In this document: positions 17,035 to 25,802 of the stretch, in pieces
Layout: every line of letters starts with the position of its first letter
Position numbering within the stretch: position 1 is the stretch's first letter
DNA from: Desulfobacterales bacterium
GTDB lineage: Bacteria; Desulfobacterota; Desulfobacteria; Desulfobacterales; SpSt-501
Reading direction: 5' to 3'
DNA: 64,000 bases
NCBI GenBank assembly: GCA_041736435.1
Contig: JBGSTS010000106.1
Span: forward strand, 13,625 to 77,624
The notes under the pieces: model-generated
What the model was told of the DNA's origin: nothing
The model's database searches: none
Seen by the model: the letters and a program-made list of their open reading frames with translations, nothing else
Position numbers and translations under genes: made by a program

Positions 17035-17723
17035 GGCTTTTCCTTGAAGCGGTATCCGACGCCGCGCACGGTTTCGATGTAGCTGCCGTGGGCGCCGAGC
17101 TTCTTCCGCAGCCCGACCACCTGGACGTCCACGCTGCGGTCGGTGACGGGGTAGTCCCCGCCGCGCACCGCGTCCACGATGTGGCCCCGGGTGAACACCC
17201 AGCCCGGGCGCCGCGCCAGCACGTGCAGCAGCTGGAATTCCGTGTAGGTCAGCTCCACCGGCTTGCCGCCCGCCAGCACGGTGCGCCGGCCGGGGTGGAT
17301 TTCAAGATCGTGGATGGTAATGAAATCGGATTCGCCGACCGGCTCCCGGGAGCGGCGCCGCAGGACGGTTTTGACCCGGGCGATGAGCACGCGTGGGCTG
17401 AACGGCTTGGTGATGTAGTCGTCGGCCCCGATTTCGAGCCCGGCAACCACATCCGCGTCTTCACCCTTGGCGGTCAGCATGATGAGCGGCAGGGTTTTGG
17501 TCTTGGCATCGGCTTTGAGTGCCTTGGCCACCTCGAGACCGTCGAGGCCTGGCAGCATGAGATCCAGGACCACCAGGTCGAGAGCTTCCCGTTTTGCTTT
17601 CTTCAGGGCATCTTCACCGCTGGCTGAGACAACCACCTCATAGCCTTCGCGGGCCAGATGATAGCGCACGAGCTCTAAAATATCCTCTTCGTCGTCGACG
17701 ACCAGGATGCGTTGTTTTGCCAT
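17031..17723 (-). CDS. phoB: OmpR-family response regulator (PhoB-like)
   Basis: Receiver ILVVDDEEDI...DLVVLDLMLPGLDG, and a winged-helix C-terminus (TYTEFQLLHVLARRPGWVFTRGHI...VDVQVVGLRKKL...IETVRGVGYRF). Confidence 0.88.
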   Translation of the reverse strand: MAKQRILVVDDEEDILELVRYHLAREGYEVVVSASGEDALKKAKREALDLVVLDLMLPGLDGLEVAKALKADAKTKTLPLIMLTAKGEDADVVAGLEIGADDYITKPFSPRVLIARVKTVLRRRSREPVGESDFITIHDLEIHPGRRTVLAGGKPVELTYTEFQLLHVLARRPGWVFTRGHIVDAVRGGDYPVTDRSVDVQVVGLRKKLGAHGSYIETVRGVGYRFKEKP

Positions 17724-17831
17724 GGGCAGACACCTCGCGAGAACCTAATTTGCAACATAACGAGTTTGTTCAACACTTTCAAATTATTTATGTTGCGTTG
17801 TTTTTGCGCTAGACCTGCGTTAGTTTTCAGT

Positions 17832-17977
17832 TAGTGCCCACCCATAAACGGCGCCTTTCGGCCCATGCCGGCCTTCTCGCTCTTCCCACTCCTCGGCGTA
17901 GACGCACTACGCCTCCGGTTGCGAAATTGCTGCGGCCTTGGCTTGGACCGAAATCCACCACTTCTGGATGAACACGG
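17832..17977 (-). repeat. Family-A structured repeat, copy A4 (inverted orientation)
   Basis: Reverse complement reads CCGTGTTCATCC AGAAGTGGTGGATTTCGGTCCAAGCCAAGGCCGCAGCAATTTCGCAACCGGAGGCGTAG...CTACGCCGAGG...GGGTGGGCACTA. Confidence 0.85.
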
Positions 17978-18006
17978 ATAGCTCTGATTGGAAAGTGAAT
18001 GGGCCG

Positions 18007-19095
18007 ATGAATCTTTTGCTCGACATGCTGCGCGAATCCTGGCATCTGCTGCTAGATGCCTCGGTGTACATCCTGTTCGGCCTGCTGGTGAGCGGGCTGT
18101 TCCGCGTGTTTCTCAACCCCGATACGATCGGCCGCCACCTCGGGACCGGGCGTTTTGCCTCGGTGTTCAAAGCGGCTCTGATAGGCGTGCCGATCCCGCT
18201 TTGAAGCTGCGGGGTGCTGACCGCGGCCGTGTCGCTGCGGAAACAGGGTGCCACCAAGGGCGCTACAACGGCCTTCATGATCTCCACGCCGGAGTCCGGG
18301 GTGGACTCCATTGCGGTGACCTATGCCCTGCTGGACCCCGTCATGACCGTGGCTCGGCCGCTGGCCGCGTTTGTCACGGCGTTCGCGGCCGGCATCGCAG
18401 AGAACCTCTTCAGCTACCGCGGCGGGGCCGTCGCCATTGTCGCCCATCACCCCTGCCCGGTGGACGGCTGCTGCGACGGCCGCACGTGCGACCCTGAAAC
18501 CCACCGGCATCACCATGGTTTTCTGGAAAAACTCGGCAGCGGGGTGCGCTACGCGGTGTCGGACCTGTGGGCGGACATCGCGGCCTGGTTTTTCGTCGGG
18601 CTCCTGCTGGCCGGAGCCATAACGGCTCTCATGCCCGAGGATGCCGTCACGCGCTATGTGGGATCCGGGCTCCCGGCCATGCTGATCATGCTGGTGGTAG
18701 GCATTCCGCTTTACATCTGTGCCACCGCCTCCACTCCAATCGCCGCAGCGCTGATTCTCAAAGGCCTGAGCCCCGGCGCCGCCCTCGTTTTTCTCCTGGC
18801 CGGCCCGGCCACCAACATGGCCACCCTGACGGTCCTGGTCAAAGTCCTTGGCAAGCGCGCGACAGGGATCTACCTTGCGGCGATCGCCATGTTCGCCGTG
18901 CTCTCCGGTTTGGCTGTGGACCAGGTCTATGCTCTGCTGGGGATTTCAGCCAAAGCCGCGGCCGGCCAAGCGGCCGAGATCCTGCCGGAGGCCGTGCGGT
19001 GGGGGGCGGCGGCGCTGGTGCTGCTCATCTCGATCAAGCCGGTGATCGCCGGGGTCCGAGGCTGGTTCAGCCGGTCCGCGGGTGTGCCGTCGTGA
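18007..19095 (+). CDS. COG0701/DUF318-type permease (SO_0444-like putative metal efflux permease) with in-frame UGA in the CSC motif; candidate selenoprotein
   Basis: Track ORFs 17938..18204 and 18214..19095 are in the same frame, separated only by TGA 18202-18204. Joined they read ...LIGVPIPL-U-SCGVLTAAVSLRKQGATKGATTAFMISTPESGVDSIAVTYALL...IPLYICATASTPIAAALILKG. A His/Cys-rich loop (HHPCPVDGCCDGRTCDPETHRHHH) is present. Start taken at ATG 18007, outside repeat A4. Confidence 0.7.
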
Positions 19096-19221
19096 GGGCC
19101 CGGCTTCTCCTTTAATGTGGAGACCCCGCATATGCGCAATAGGCCGATGCCATCCCAGCAACGGTCATTTAGCGGAGGGGCCACAAATTGACACCAGTAT
19201 AAAAAAGGGAGATTGAGATTT

Positions 19222-19442
19222 ATGAAAGCTAAGGAATTCGATAATAACTTCGACTCCGGCAAAAGCATCGTGCGCTATCTCGACCTGAAACATGCGGTTC
19301 GATCCGGCCAAGAGCAAAGAAGGGCCAATGTGGATTTCCCGTCCTGGATGATCAGCCGGCTGGATAACGAGGCCAAACGCTTAGGAGTTCCGCGTCAGTC
19401 ACTGATCAAAATAGGATCGCCGAGAAACTGCAGGGAATTTGA
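19222..19442 (+). pseudogene. BrnA/CopG-type antitoxin remnant, frameshifted, with no partner toxin
   Basis: MKAKEFDNNFDSGKSI...RRANVDFPSWMISRLDNEAKRLGVPRQSLIKI, then the frame is lost. One base later the sequence reads (R)IAEKLQGI* (TGA 19440-19442), the usual family C-terminus. Consistent with a 1-nt deletion near 19411-19413. Confidence 0.5.
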
Positions 19443-19516
19443 CCTGCGGCAAGACAAACAAGATCAATCGGCCATAAACGCTGATCGTCCCCACCTCCCC
19501 CGCCACATCCCGTCCC

Positions 19517-19559
19517 TAAAAATGAAAGCTCCGACCGCCGCGCTGGCGAGGGCCGGAGC
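19517..19559 (-). terminator. Rho-independent terminator downstream of dctP
   Basis: Minus strand: GCUCCGGCC-14 nt loop-GGUCGGAGC (9 bp, one G-U), followed by UUUCAUUUUU. Confidence 0.5.
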
Positions 19560-19582
19560 GTGGTAGCATCGATTGATGCGGA

Positions 19583-20626
19583 TTATTTGGATGCGGCTGC
19601 GATGGCGTCCATGAAGGCCTTCATCATGGCCTCGCCCTCGGCGCCGTGTTTTTCGGCGATGATCTGCTTGACCGCCGGCATGGAGGCGTCGCGGAACTTG
19701 ACCAGCTGCTCGGGTGTCAGGGCGTTCACCTTCATCTCCTTGCTCAGGCTGGCCAACCCGCGGTCGGAGGCCTCGATCGCCCGGCTGACGCCGCGGCCGG
19801 CCACGATGGCCGATCTGGCGGCATAGTTGACGACGTTCTGCTCGGCTGCGCTCAGGCTCTTCCAGAAATCCATGTTGACCACCCACACGTAAGGTGCGAA
19901 CAGGTGGCCCGAAAGGGTCAGGTACTTCTGGACCTCGTTGAATTTGGCGAAGGCGATGATCGGCACCGGGTTCATCTGGCCGTCGGCCACCCCGGTCTGC
20001 AGCGCCGTGTAGACCTCGGTCCAGGCGATAGCCGCCGGTTGACCGCCGAGAGAGCTTACGACCGCTTTGTGGGTGTCCAGGCCCATGGTGCGGATCTTGA
20101 GGCCCTTCATGTCATCCGGGCTGGTGATGGGTCGTTTGGAATTGGTGAAGTGGAAAAAGCCGCCGGAATCGCCGAAGCCCAGTACCTTGAGCCCGGTTTT
20201 TTTTTCGATGTCGGCCGCGAACGTGGCGCCGAAGGGGCCGTCGAAAACCGCATAGGTGACGCTGATGTTCGGGAAAGCGAAGGGCACGTCGATTACGCCC
20301 ATCATGGGATAGGCCGATGCAAACCCGCCGACCGAGTGGATCCCGGACTGGATCACGCCCGATTTGACCTGGGCCACCACGTCGTTGTCCTTGCCGAGCT
20401 GGCCGTTGGGGAAGGTCTGGACCACCACCGCTTCGTTCGTGCCGGCCTCTACCAGGCTTTTAAAAACGGTCGCCATGGCGCCTGTGGCGTTGTCGAAGGG
20501 GTCGTCCTTGTTCAGGTGGTGGAGCTTGATGGTCTTGGCGGCGTCGGCCGGCACCGGGATCAGTGCGACCGCAACAATGGCTGCCATGAGGAGGGCTGCT
20601 GCAAAAAACAGGCGTGAGGATTTCAT
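19583..20626 (-). CDS. dctP: TRAP transporter substrate-binding protein (DctP family)
   Basis: GGAGA lies 6 nt upstream of ATG 20626. Signal peptide MKSSRLFFAAALLMAAIVAVALIPVPADA. DctP-like body. Confidence 0.9.
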   Translation of the reverse strand: MKSSRLFFAAALLMAAIVAVALIPVPADAAKTIKLHHLNKDDPFDNATGAMATVFKSLVEAGTNEAVVVQTFPNGQLGKDNDVVAQVKSGVIQSGIHSVGGFASAYPMMGVIDVPFAFPNISVTYAVFDGPFGATFAADIEKKTGLKVLGFGDSGGFFHFTNSKRPITSPDDMKGLKIRTMGLDTHKAVVSSLGGQPAAIAWTEVYTALQTGVADGQMNPVPIIAFAKFNEVQKYLTLSGHLFAPYVWVVNMDFWKSLSAAEQNVVNYAARSAIVAGRGVSRAIEASDRGLASLSKEMKVNALTPEQLVKFRDASMPAVKQIIAEKHGAEGEAMMKAFMDAIAAASK

Positions 20627-20761
20627 CGGATGTCTCCTTTCCATGAGGGGGTTGGTTGCGATGTCGACCGTGTCGTAAGCGGGTGTCCACAACGGCGCTG
20701 ACATCTTAAAGCCTGAAAACCGTATTGTCCAGCAAGCAAAAGGCTTCAGGGGAGGATAAAG

Positions 20762-20827
20762 AAGGGTTCAGTCAGCTCTCTGCATTATCTTACATACCGC
20801 ATCCATTATTCTGAACCCCGAACCCTT
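20762..20827. repeat. GGGTTCA/TGAACCC-motif hairpin in the dctM-dctP spacer
   Basis: AAGGGTTCAG (20762-20771) is complementary to CTGAACCCcgAACCCTT (20811-20827). Same short motif as at 47207-47311 and 36814-36826. Confidence 0.45.
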
Positions 20828-20844
20828 TTTCGTACCCCAATCGG

Positions 20845-22128
20845 TCATTTGCCCAGGAGCAGGCCCGGCACGAACAGGGTCATGGCCGGCCAGAAGGCCA
20901 CCAGGAACAGAACACCCACTTCGAGCAGGATGAAGGGCCACAGATCGACGGAGATGCGCTCGATCCGCTCACCGGTGATCGAGCTGATCACGAACAGGCA
21001 GGCCCCGACAGGGGGCGTCATCAGGGAGATATTGAGCGATAGGATGATCATGACGCCGGCATGCACCGGGTCCATGCCGATGGTGGCCGTGAGGGGGCCT
21101 AGCACCGGCGCCAGAATGATCAGCGCGGCGTTGATGTCCATAAACATGCCGACGATCAGGAGCAGGGCGAGGATTAGGCTGATCACCACCTGGGGGTTGC
21201 GGGAGATCGACAGGAAGAGCGTGGCGATTTTCTGGGGGATCTGCATATAGGTCATCCACCAGCTGAGTATCGAAGCTGAGGCGATGATCAGGAAGACCAC
21301 CCCCGTGATGATGGAGGTTCGGATCAGGGTCTGGACAATGGCGTCGAAGGTAAGGCTGCGGTAGACCACCACCCCCAGGAAAAAGGCATAGGCGACCGCG
21401 GTGGCGGCGGCCTCGGTGGGGGTCACGATGCCGAAGATGATCCCTCCCAGGATGATAGCCGGCATGAGCAGCGCCAGGAAGCCCGACTTGAAACTTTTCA
21501 GGACCCGCTTCAGACTGAAGCCCTGGTCGCTGACGGGCAGGTTCTTGCGCTTGCCCACGGCCGCGATGTAGATCATGCAGACGATGCAGATCAAGAGGCC
21601 CGGCAGGATGCCGGCGGCGAACATGCCGGCGATCGAGACCCCCATGAGGGAGCCGTAGATGATCATCAGGTTGGACGGGGGGATGGTGGGCCCGATGATG
21701 GATCCGGCCACGGTGACCGCGCAGGAGAAGGAGCGGGAGTAGCCCTGTTTCACCATGGCAGGCACCAGGGTGTTGCCGAAGGCCGCAGAGTCGGAGACAG
21801 CGGCGCCGGTCATGCCGGCGAAAATCACCGAGGCCACCATGTTGGTGTGGGCCAGCCCTCCGCGCATGAAGCCCACCAGGGAGTCTGCAAACTCCACTAT
21901 TTTAGTGGTGATGCCGGTGCGGTTCATGATCTCGCCGGCCATGATGAAAAACGGCATGGCCATGAAGGTGAAGAGGTCCAAACCCTCGAAGAAGCGCTTG
22001 GGGGCCATGGCGAGGAAGTTCTCCCCGCCCACCTGGACCAGGCCGGCGGTACCGGCAACCCCCAATACGTAGCCGATCGGCAGGCCGACCAGCATCAGGC
22101 CGAAAAATATCAGGGCGACCAGGATCAT
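20845..22128 (-). CDS. dctM: TRAP transporter large permease (DctM)
   Basis: 427 aa with about 12 TM segments. Typical DctM N-terminus MILVALIFFGLMLVGLPIGYVLG. Confidence 0.92.
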   Translation of the reverse strand: MILVALIFFGLMLVGLPIGYVLGVAGTAGLVQVGGENFLAMAPKRFFEGLDLFTFMAMPFFIMAGEIMNRTGITTKIVEFADSLVGFMRGGLAHTNMVASVIFAGMTGAAVSDSAAFGNTLVPAMVKQGYSRSFSCAVTVAGSIIGPTIPPSNLMIIYGSLMGVSIAGMFAAGILPGLLICIVCMIYIAAVGKRKNLPVSDQGFSLKRVLKSFKSGFLALLMPAIILGGIIFGIVTPTEAAATAVAYAFFLGVVVYRSLTFDAIVQTLIRTSIITGVVFLIIASASILSWWMTYMQIPQKIATLFLSISRNPQVVISLILALLLIVGMFMDINAALIILAPVLGPLTATIGMDPVHAGVMIILSLNISLMTPPVGACLFVISSITGERIERISVDLWPFILLEVGVLFLVAFWPAMTLFVPGLLLGK

Positions 22129-22640
22129 GGGGCCACCTCACCGGTTTTCGGCGCCCAGTCCCGCAGCATGGTCACGACGATCTGAATGGAGGTCAGGAGT
22201 CCGCAGACCGGCACCGAGGCGAAGGGCACTACCATGGTCATGCCGAAAATGGCGGCATACTGGGTCCGGCCGCTGGCGGCCATGCCCACGCCGTAGCTGG
22301 TGAGAAACAGGAAAAAGGCCAGGCCGATCAGGTCCAGCACCCGGCGCAGAAGGCGGCGCCGGGCCGGGGGCAGCGCGTTGAGAGTGAACTCCAGGCCGAT
22401 GTGCTCCCGGCGGTAAGCCCCGACAGGCACAGCCATGAGCGCCGCCCAGATCATGACATAGCGGGAAAATTCCTCCCCCCAGGTGAACCCGAGGTGCAGG
22501 ACGTAGCGCTGCAGGACCTCGAACCAGATGACCAGGACCAAGGTGGCCATCAGCAGGGCGCAGATGCGCTCTACCACCCAGTTCAGCCGGCGCCCGAAGG
22601 CCTCCGCAACATCGGAGATGACGATCATCATAATGGGCAA
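22125..22640 (-). CDS. dctQ: TRAP transporter small permease (DctQ)
   Basis: 171 aa with 4 TM segments. 4-nt overlap with dctM. Confidence 0.85.
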   Translation of the reverse strand: MPIMMIVISDVAEAFGRRLNWVVERICALLMATLVLVIWFEVLQRYVLHLGFTWGEEFSRYVMIWAALMAVPVGAYRREHIGLEFTLNALPPARRRLLRRVLDLIGLAFFLFLTSYGVGMAASGRTQYAAIFGMTMVVPFASVPVCGLLTSIQIVVTMLRDWAPKTGEVAP

Positions 22641-22745
22641 GCCCGTTTCGACTTTCTGTTTGCGCTTGAAGAAATTTGATTCTTGTGCGTGAATAACCGA
22701 AAAATGTCAAGCGTGCGATTTCCGATCTTAAACGCGGGTGACCTC

Positions 22746-24221
22746 ATGACGATGCCGTTGCTCAAGTGCCGTGCCTGCCGCCGGGCCTACCCCGTCCGGC
22801 CAGGCCTCTTCGGCTGCCCCCATGCCCGCGCCGGCGAGGAGCATATTCTGGAGCGTGAACTCAACGCTGCCGGAAACCTCGGGATTAAGGTGCGCTCGGT
22901 CTGGTCGAGCGGCTCGCGGAGCACCTTCAAGGTGTTCGCCGATCTTCTCAGCGCCGGCCGGCTGCTCGGTCCGGCCCGGTATTCGAAGCTGCTGGGCCGG
23001 CTGACGGAGGGCCTCGATCGGCTGGAGGGCCGCAGCTTCGTGGCCACCCCGTTGGTTGCGGCTTCGGTCCTCTCCGATGCGATCGGTCGCAGCGGGCCCT
23101 TGTGGATTAAGAACGATACGGGCAACATCGCCGGGTCCCACAAGGGCCGTCACCTCATGGCCACGCTGCTATATTTGGAAGCCTTGCGGGAATTGGACGG
23201 GGGCGGCCCGAAAAACGTCCTCGCCATTTACAGCTGCGGCAATGCGGCTCTGGCGGCGTCGGCTGTGGCCCGGGCCGGCGGCTATGAGCTGCACGCCTTT
23301 GTGCCCGAGGAGGTTGATCCCGTTGTGGCTGGAAGGCTGGCGGACCGGGGTGCGTTTGTCGAGAAGATCGCCCGGTCGGCCACCGGCGGCGGCGACCCCT
23401 GCTACCTGGCTTTCCGGGAGGCCCTCGCGCATTCCGGCTGGCTGCCGTTTGCCTGCGCCGGAAACGACAACTGGTCGAACATCGAAGGGGGCTCCACCCT
23501 GGGCTGGGAGGCGGTGATGCAGCTGGCGGACCGGGCGGAGAGCCTGGACTGCGTGGTCCTTCAGGTCGGGGGCGGCGCATTGGCCCGGGCAATCTCCCAG
23601 GCCTTTGACGAGGCCCGGGCGCTCGGAGTCATCGAGCGGGTCCCGCGCATCCACGTCTGCCAGCCGGAGGGGGGCTTTCCCTTAGTGCGAGCCTACTACC
23701 TGGTGATGCAGGCGATCGCCCGCCGCAACGGGCTGCCCTTCGACCTTCACTACGATGCAAAAAGCCCGGCTGCGGTCCGACTCGAGGCGCTCAAGCAGTT
23801 CGCGTGGACCCGAAGTGACCAGATCCAGGCCCTGGCGGAGTTCGTCCAGCGGCATTTCGACACACCTGCGGTCCGGTCGGTCCTGGACGAGGTCCCCATC
23901 CACAGCGGCCGCTTCATGTGGCCCTGGGACGGTCCCGCGCCCCACAGCCTGGCCCACGGGATTCTCGACGACCTCACCTACGACTGGTATCCCCTGCTGC
24001 GGGCCGTGTTGCGAACCGGCGGGCGGGCCGAGGTGCTGCACGAAGAGAGCATCCAGCGCGCCCACAGTCTGGCCCATCAACACACGGTGATCCGGGTCTG
24101 CCCGACCGGGGCCGCGGGACTGGCCGGCTTGATTCAGCTCACGGAGGTCGGCGTCATCAGGCGGTCCGAATCGGCCGGGTTGTTCTTCACGGGGTTTGAC
24201 CGCAGCCGGCCCGAATGCTAA
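22746..24221 (+). CDS. Threonine-synthase-like fold-type-II PLP enzyme with N-terminal Cys-rich (zinc-ribbon-like) segment
   Basis: CRACRR...GCPH N-terminus. NDTGNIAGSHKGRH (PLP-Lys context similar to SFKDR). YSCGNAALAASAVA. VLQVGGGALARA. Confidence 0.7.
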   Translation: MTMPLLKCRACRRAYPVRPGLFGCPHARAGEEHILERELNAAGNLGIKVRSVWSSGSRSTFKVFADLLSAGRLLGPARYSKLLGRLTEGLDRLEGRSFVATPLVAASVLSDAIGRSGPLWIKNDTGNIAGSHKGRHLMATLLYLEALRELDGGGPKNVLAIYSCGNAALAASAVARAGGYELHAFVPEEVDPVVAGRLADRGAFVEKIARSATGGGDPCYLAFREALAHSGWLPFACAGNDNWSNIEGGSTLGWEAVMQLADRAESLDCVVLQVGGGALARAISQAFDEARALGVIERVPRIHVCQPEGGFPLVRAYYLVMQAIARRNGLPFDLHYDAKSPAAVRLEALKQFAWTRSDQIQALAEFVQRHFDTPAVRSVLDEVPIHSGRFMWPWDGPAPHSLAHGILDDLTYDWYPLLRAVLRTGGRAEVLHEESIQRAHSLAHQHTVIRVCPTGAAGLAGLIQLTEVGVIRRSESAGLFFTGFDRSRPEC

Positions 24222-24251
24222 TGGCTTCGTTAAACTTTCATGTCCTAAAGG

Positions 24252-25673
24252 ATGATAGACGGTATGACTGAAAAGCGACTCATCACCGGCCCGACCTTTG
24301 CCGAGATGCTCAACCCCGCCAAAATCCGATCGGACATACGGGAGCAAGCCTTGCGCACGCGGGCGGTCGACCCGCTCGACCCGATCAATCTCTACAACAT
24401 CTCCTGGAAGGACGCTGAAAACCGCATTTACCACGAAGTCCTGCCACGGCAGTTGACCGGGGTGGAGACCCCCATCGTGGTCCTCTACGGCAAGGAGTTC
24501 CCGACCGGAAGCCACAAGGTGGGCGCGACCTACTCGGTTTTGATCGAGAAGGCCATCAGCGGCGAGGTGGACCCGGCGCGGCACACCATCGTCTGGCCGT
24601 CGACCGGCAATTACGGCATCGGGGGCGCCTGGGTGGGATGTCGCATGCAGTTTGACTCGGTGGTGATCCTGCCCGAGGAGATGAGCCGGGAGCGCTTCGA
24701 GATCGTGCGGGGCTACGGGGCGCGCCTCGAGCTCACCCCGGGCTGTGAGAGCAACGTCAAGGAGATCTACGACAAGTGCCACGAACTGAAGTGCGCCGAC
24801 CCCGAACGGGTTCGAATCATGAATCAGTTCGAGGAGTTCGCCAACTACCGGTTCCACTATTACGTAACCGGCAACACCGTTATCGAACTGGCCCGCCAGC
24901 TGGAATCCCAGGGGGTCGGCCGGGGCGTGGTCTCGGCCTTCGTGTCGGCCATGGGCTCCTCCGGCACCATTGCCGCCGGGGACCGTCTTAAGCAGCAGTG
25001 GCCCGGCCGGCACCTGATCGTGGGACTGGAGCCCATCCAATGCCCGACCCTTTTCTGGAACGGCTACGGCGGCCACGACATCCAGGGCATCGGCGACAAG
25101 CACGTCACCTGGATCCACAACGTCATGAACATGGACGCCGTGATGTGCATCGACGACATCGAGTCCAAAATGGGGCTGCAGCTTCTGACCGAGGCACCCG
25201 GCTGGGAGCTGCTGAGCGGCAAGTACGGGGTTCCCGTGAGCCAGGTGAAACGGCTCTCCGAAATATTCGGCATTTCAGGGGTCTGCAACGTCCTGGGGGC
25301 CATCAAGACGGCACGGTACTACGGCATGGGCAAGGAGGATCTCATCGTCACCGTCTGCACCGATGCCATCGACCGCTACCCGTCGGTCATGCACTCGCTC
25401 ACCGAGTGCTTCGGGCCGATGGACGTCACCGCCGCCGAGGTGCGGCTGGTCAGCATCTTTCACCGCCAAAAGCTGGATTGGATTGCCGAGGGCACGCGCC
25501 AGAACCGCAACCAGTGGCACAATCTCAAGTATTTCACCTGGGTGGAACAGCAGGGCAAGCGCATCGAGGAGCTGAACGCCCAGCGCAGCCCGACCTACTG
25601 GGACGAAAAGCAGGCAAAAGTGCAGGAAGTGGATCGGTTGATCGAGGCGTACCGGGCCCAGAAAGCCGGTTGA
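24252..25673 (+). CDS. Cysteine-synthase/Trp-synthase-beta-like PLP-dependent enzyme (473 aa)
   Basis: FPTGSHKVGATY (PLP Lys), WPSTGNYGIGGAWVG, AMGSSGTIAAG. Confidence 0.7.
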   Translation: MIDGMTEKRLITGPTFAEMLNPAKIRSDIREQALRTRAVDPLDPINLYNISWKDAENRIYHEVLPRQLTGVETPIVVLYGKEFPTGSHKVGATYSVLIEKAISGEVDPARHTIVWPSTGNYGIGGAWVGCRMQFDSVVILPEEMSRERFEIVRGYGARLELTPGCESNVKEIYDKCHELKCADPERVRIMNQFEEFANYRFHYYVTGNTVIELARQLESQGVGRGVVSAFVSAMGSSGTIAAGDRLKQQWPGRHLIVGLEPIQCPTLFWNGYGGHDIQGIGDKHVTWIHNVMNMDAVMCIDDIESKMGLQLLTEAPGWELLSGKYGVPVSQVKRLSEIFGISGVCNVLGAIKTARYYGMGKEDLIVTVCTDAIDRYPSVMHSLTECFGPMDVTAAEVRLVSIFHRQKLDWIAEGTRQNRNQWHNLKYFTWVEQQGKRIEELNAQRSPTYWDEKQAKVQEVDRLIEAYRAQKAG

Positions 25674-25802
25674 TCCGCTGGTTGTTATCACTCCGGCAAA
25701 CACGTCAAACTCCGCACTGCTGGAATAGCCCGGTGGAGGGCGCGATTGCAACCGGCCGCAGACATGTTGCCGGAGCAATAACCACGACAAGGGGTTGATA
25801 GG

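Noticed and set aside
23682-25118. 478-aa minus-strand ORF. Similar long antisense ORFs occur at 29794-31320, 47224-48498, 15907-17082, 57376-58467, 7226-8554, 42369-43388 and 62437-63231.
   Set aside because: All lie opposite genes with clear family signatures and have Arg/Gly/Pro/Ala-rich, motif-free translations. They are treated as GC-driven shadow ORFs.
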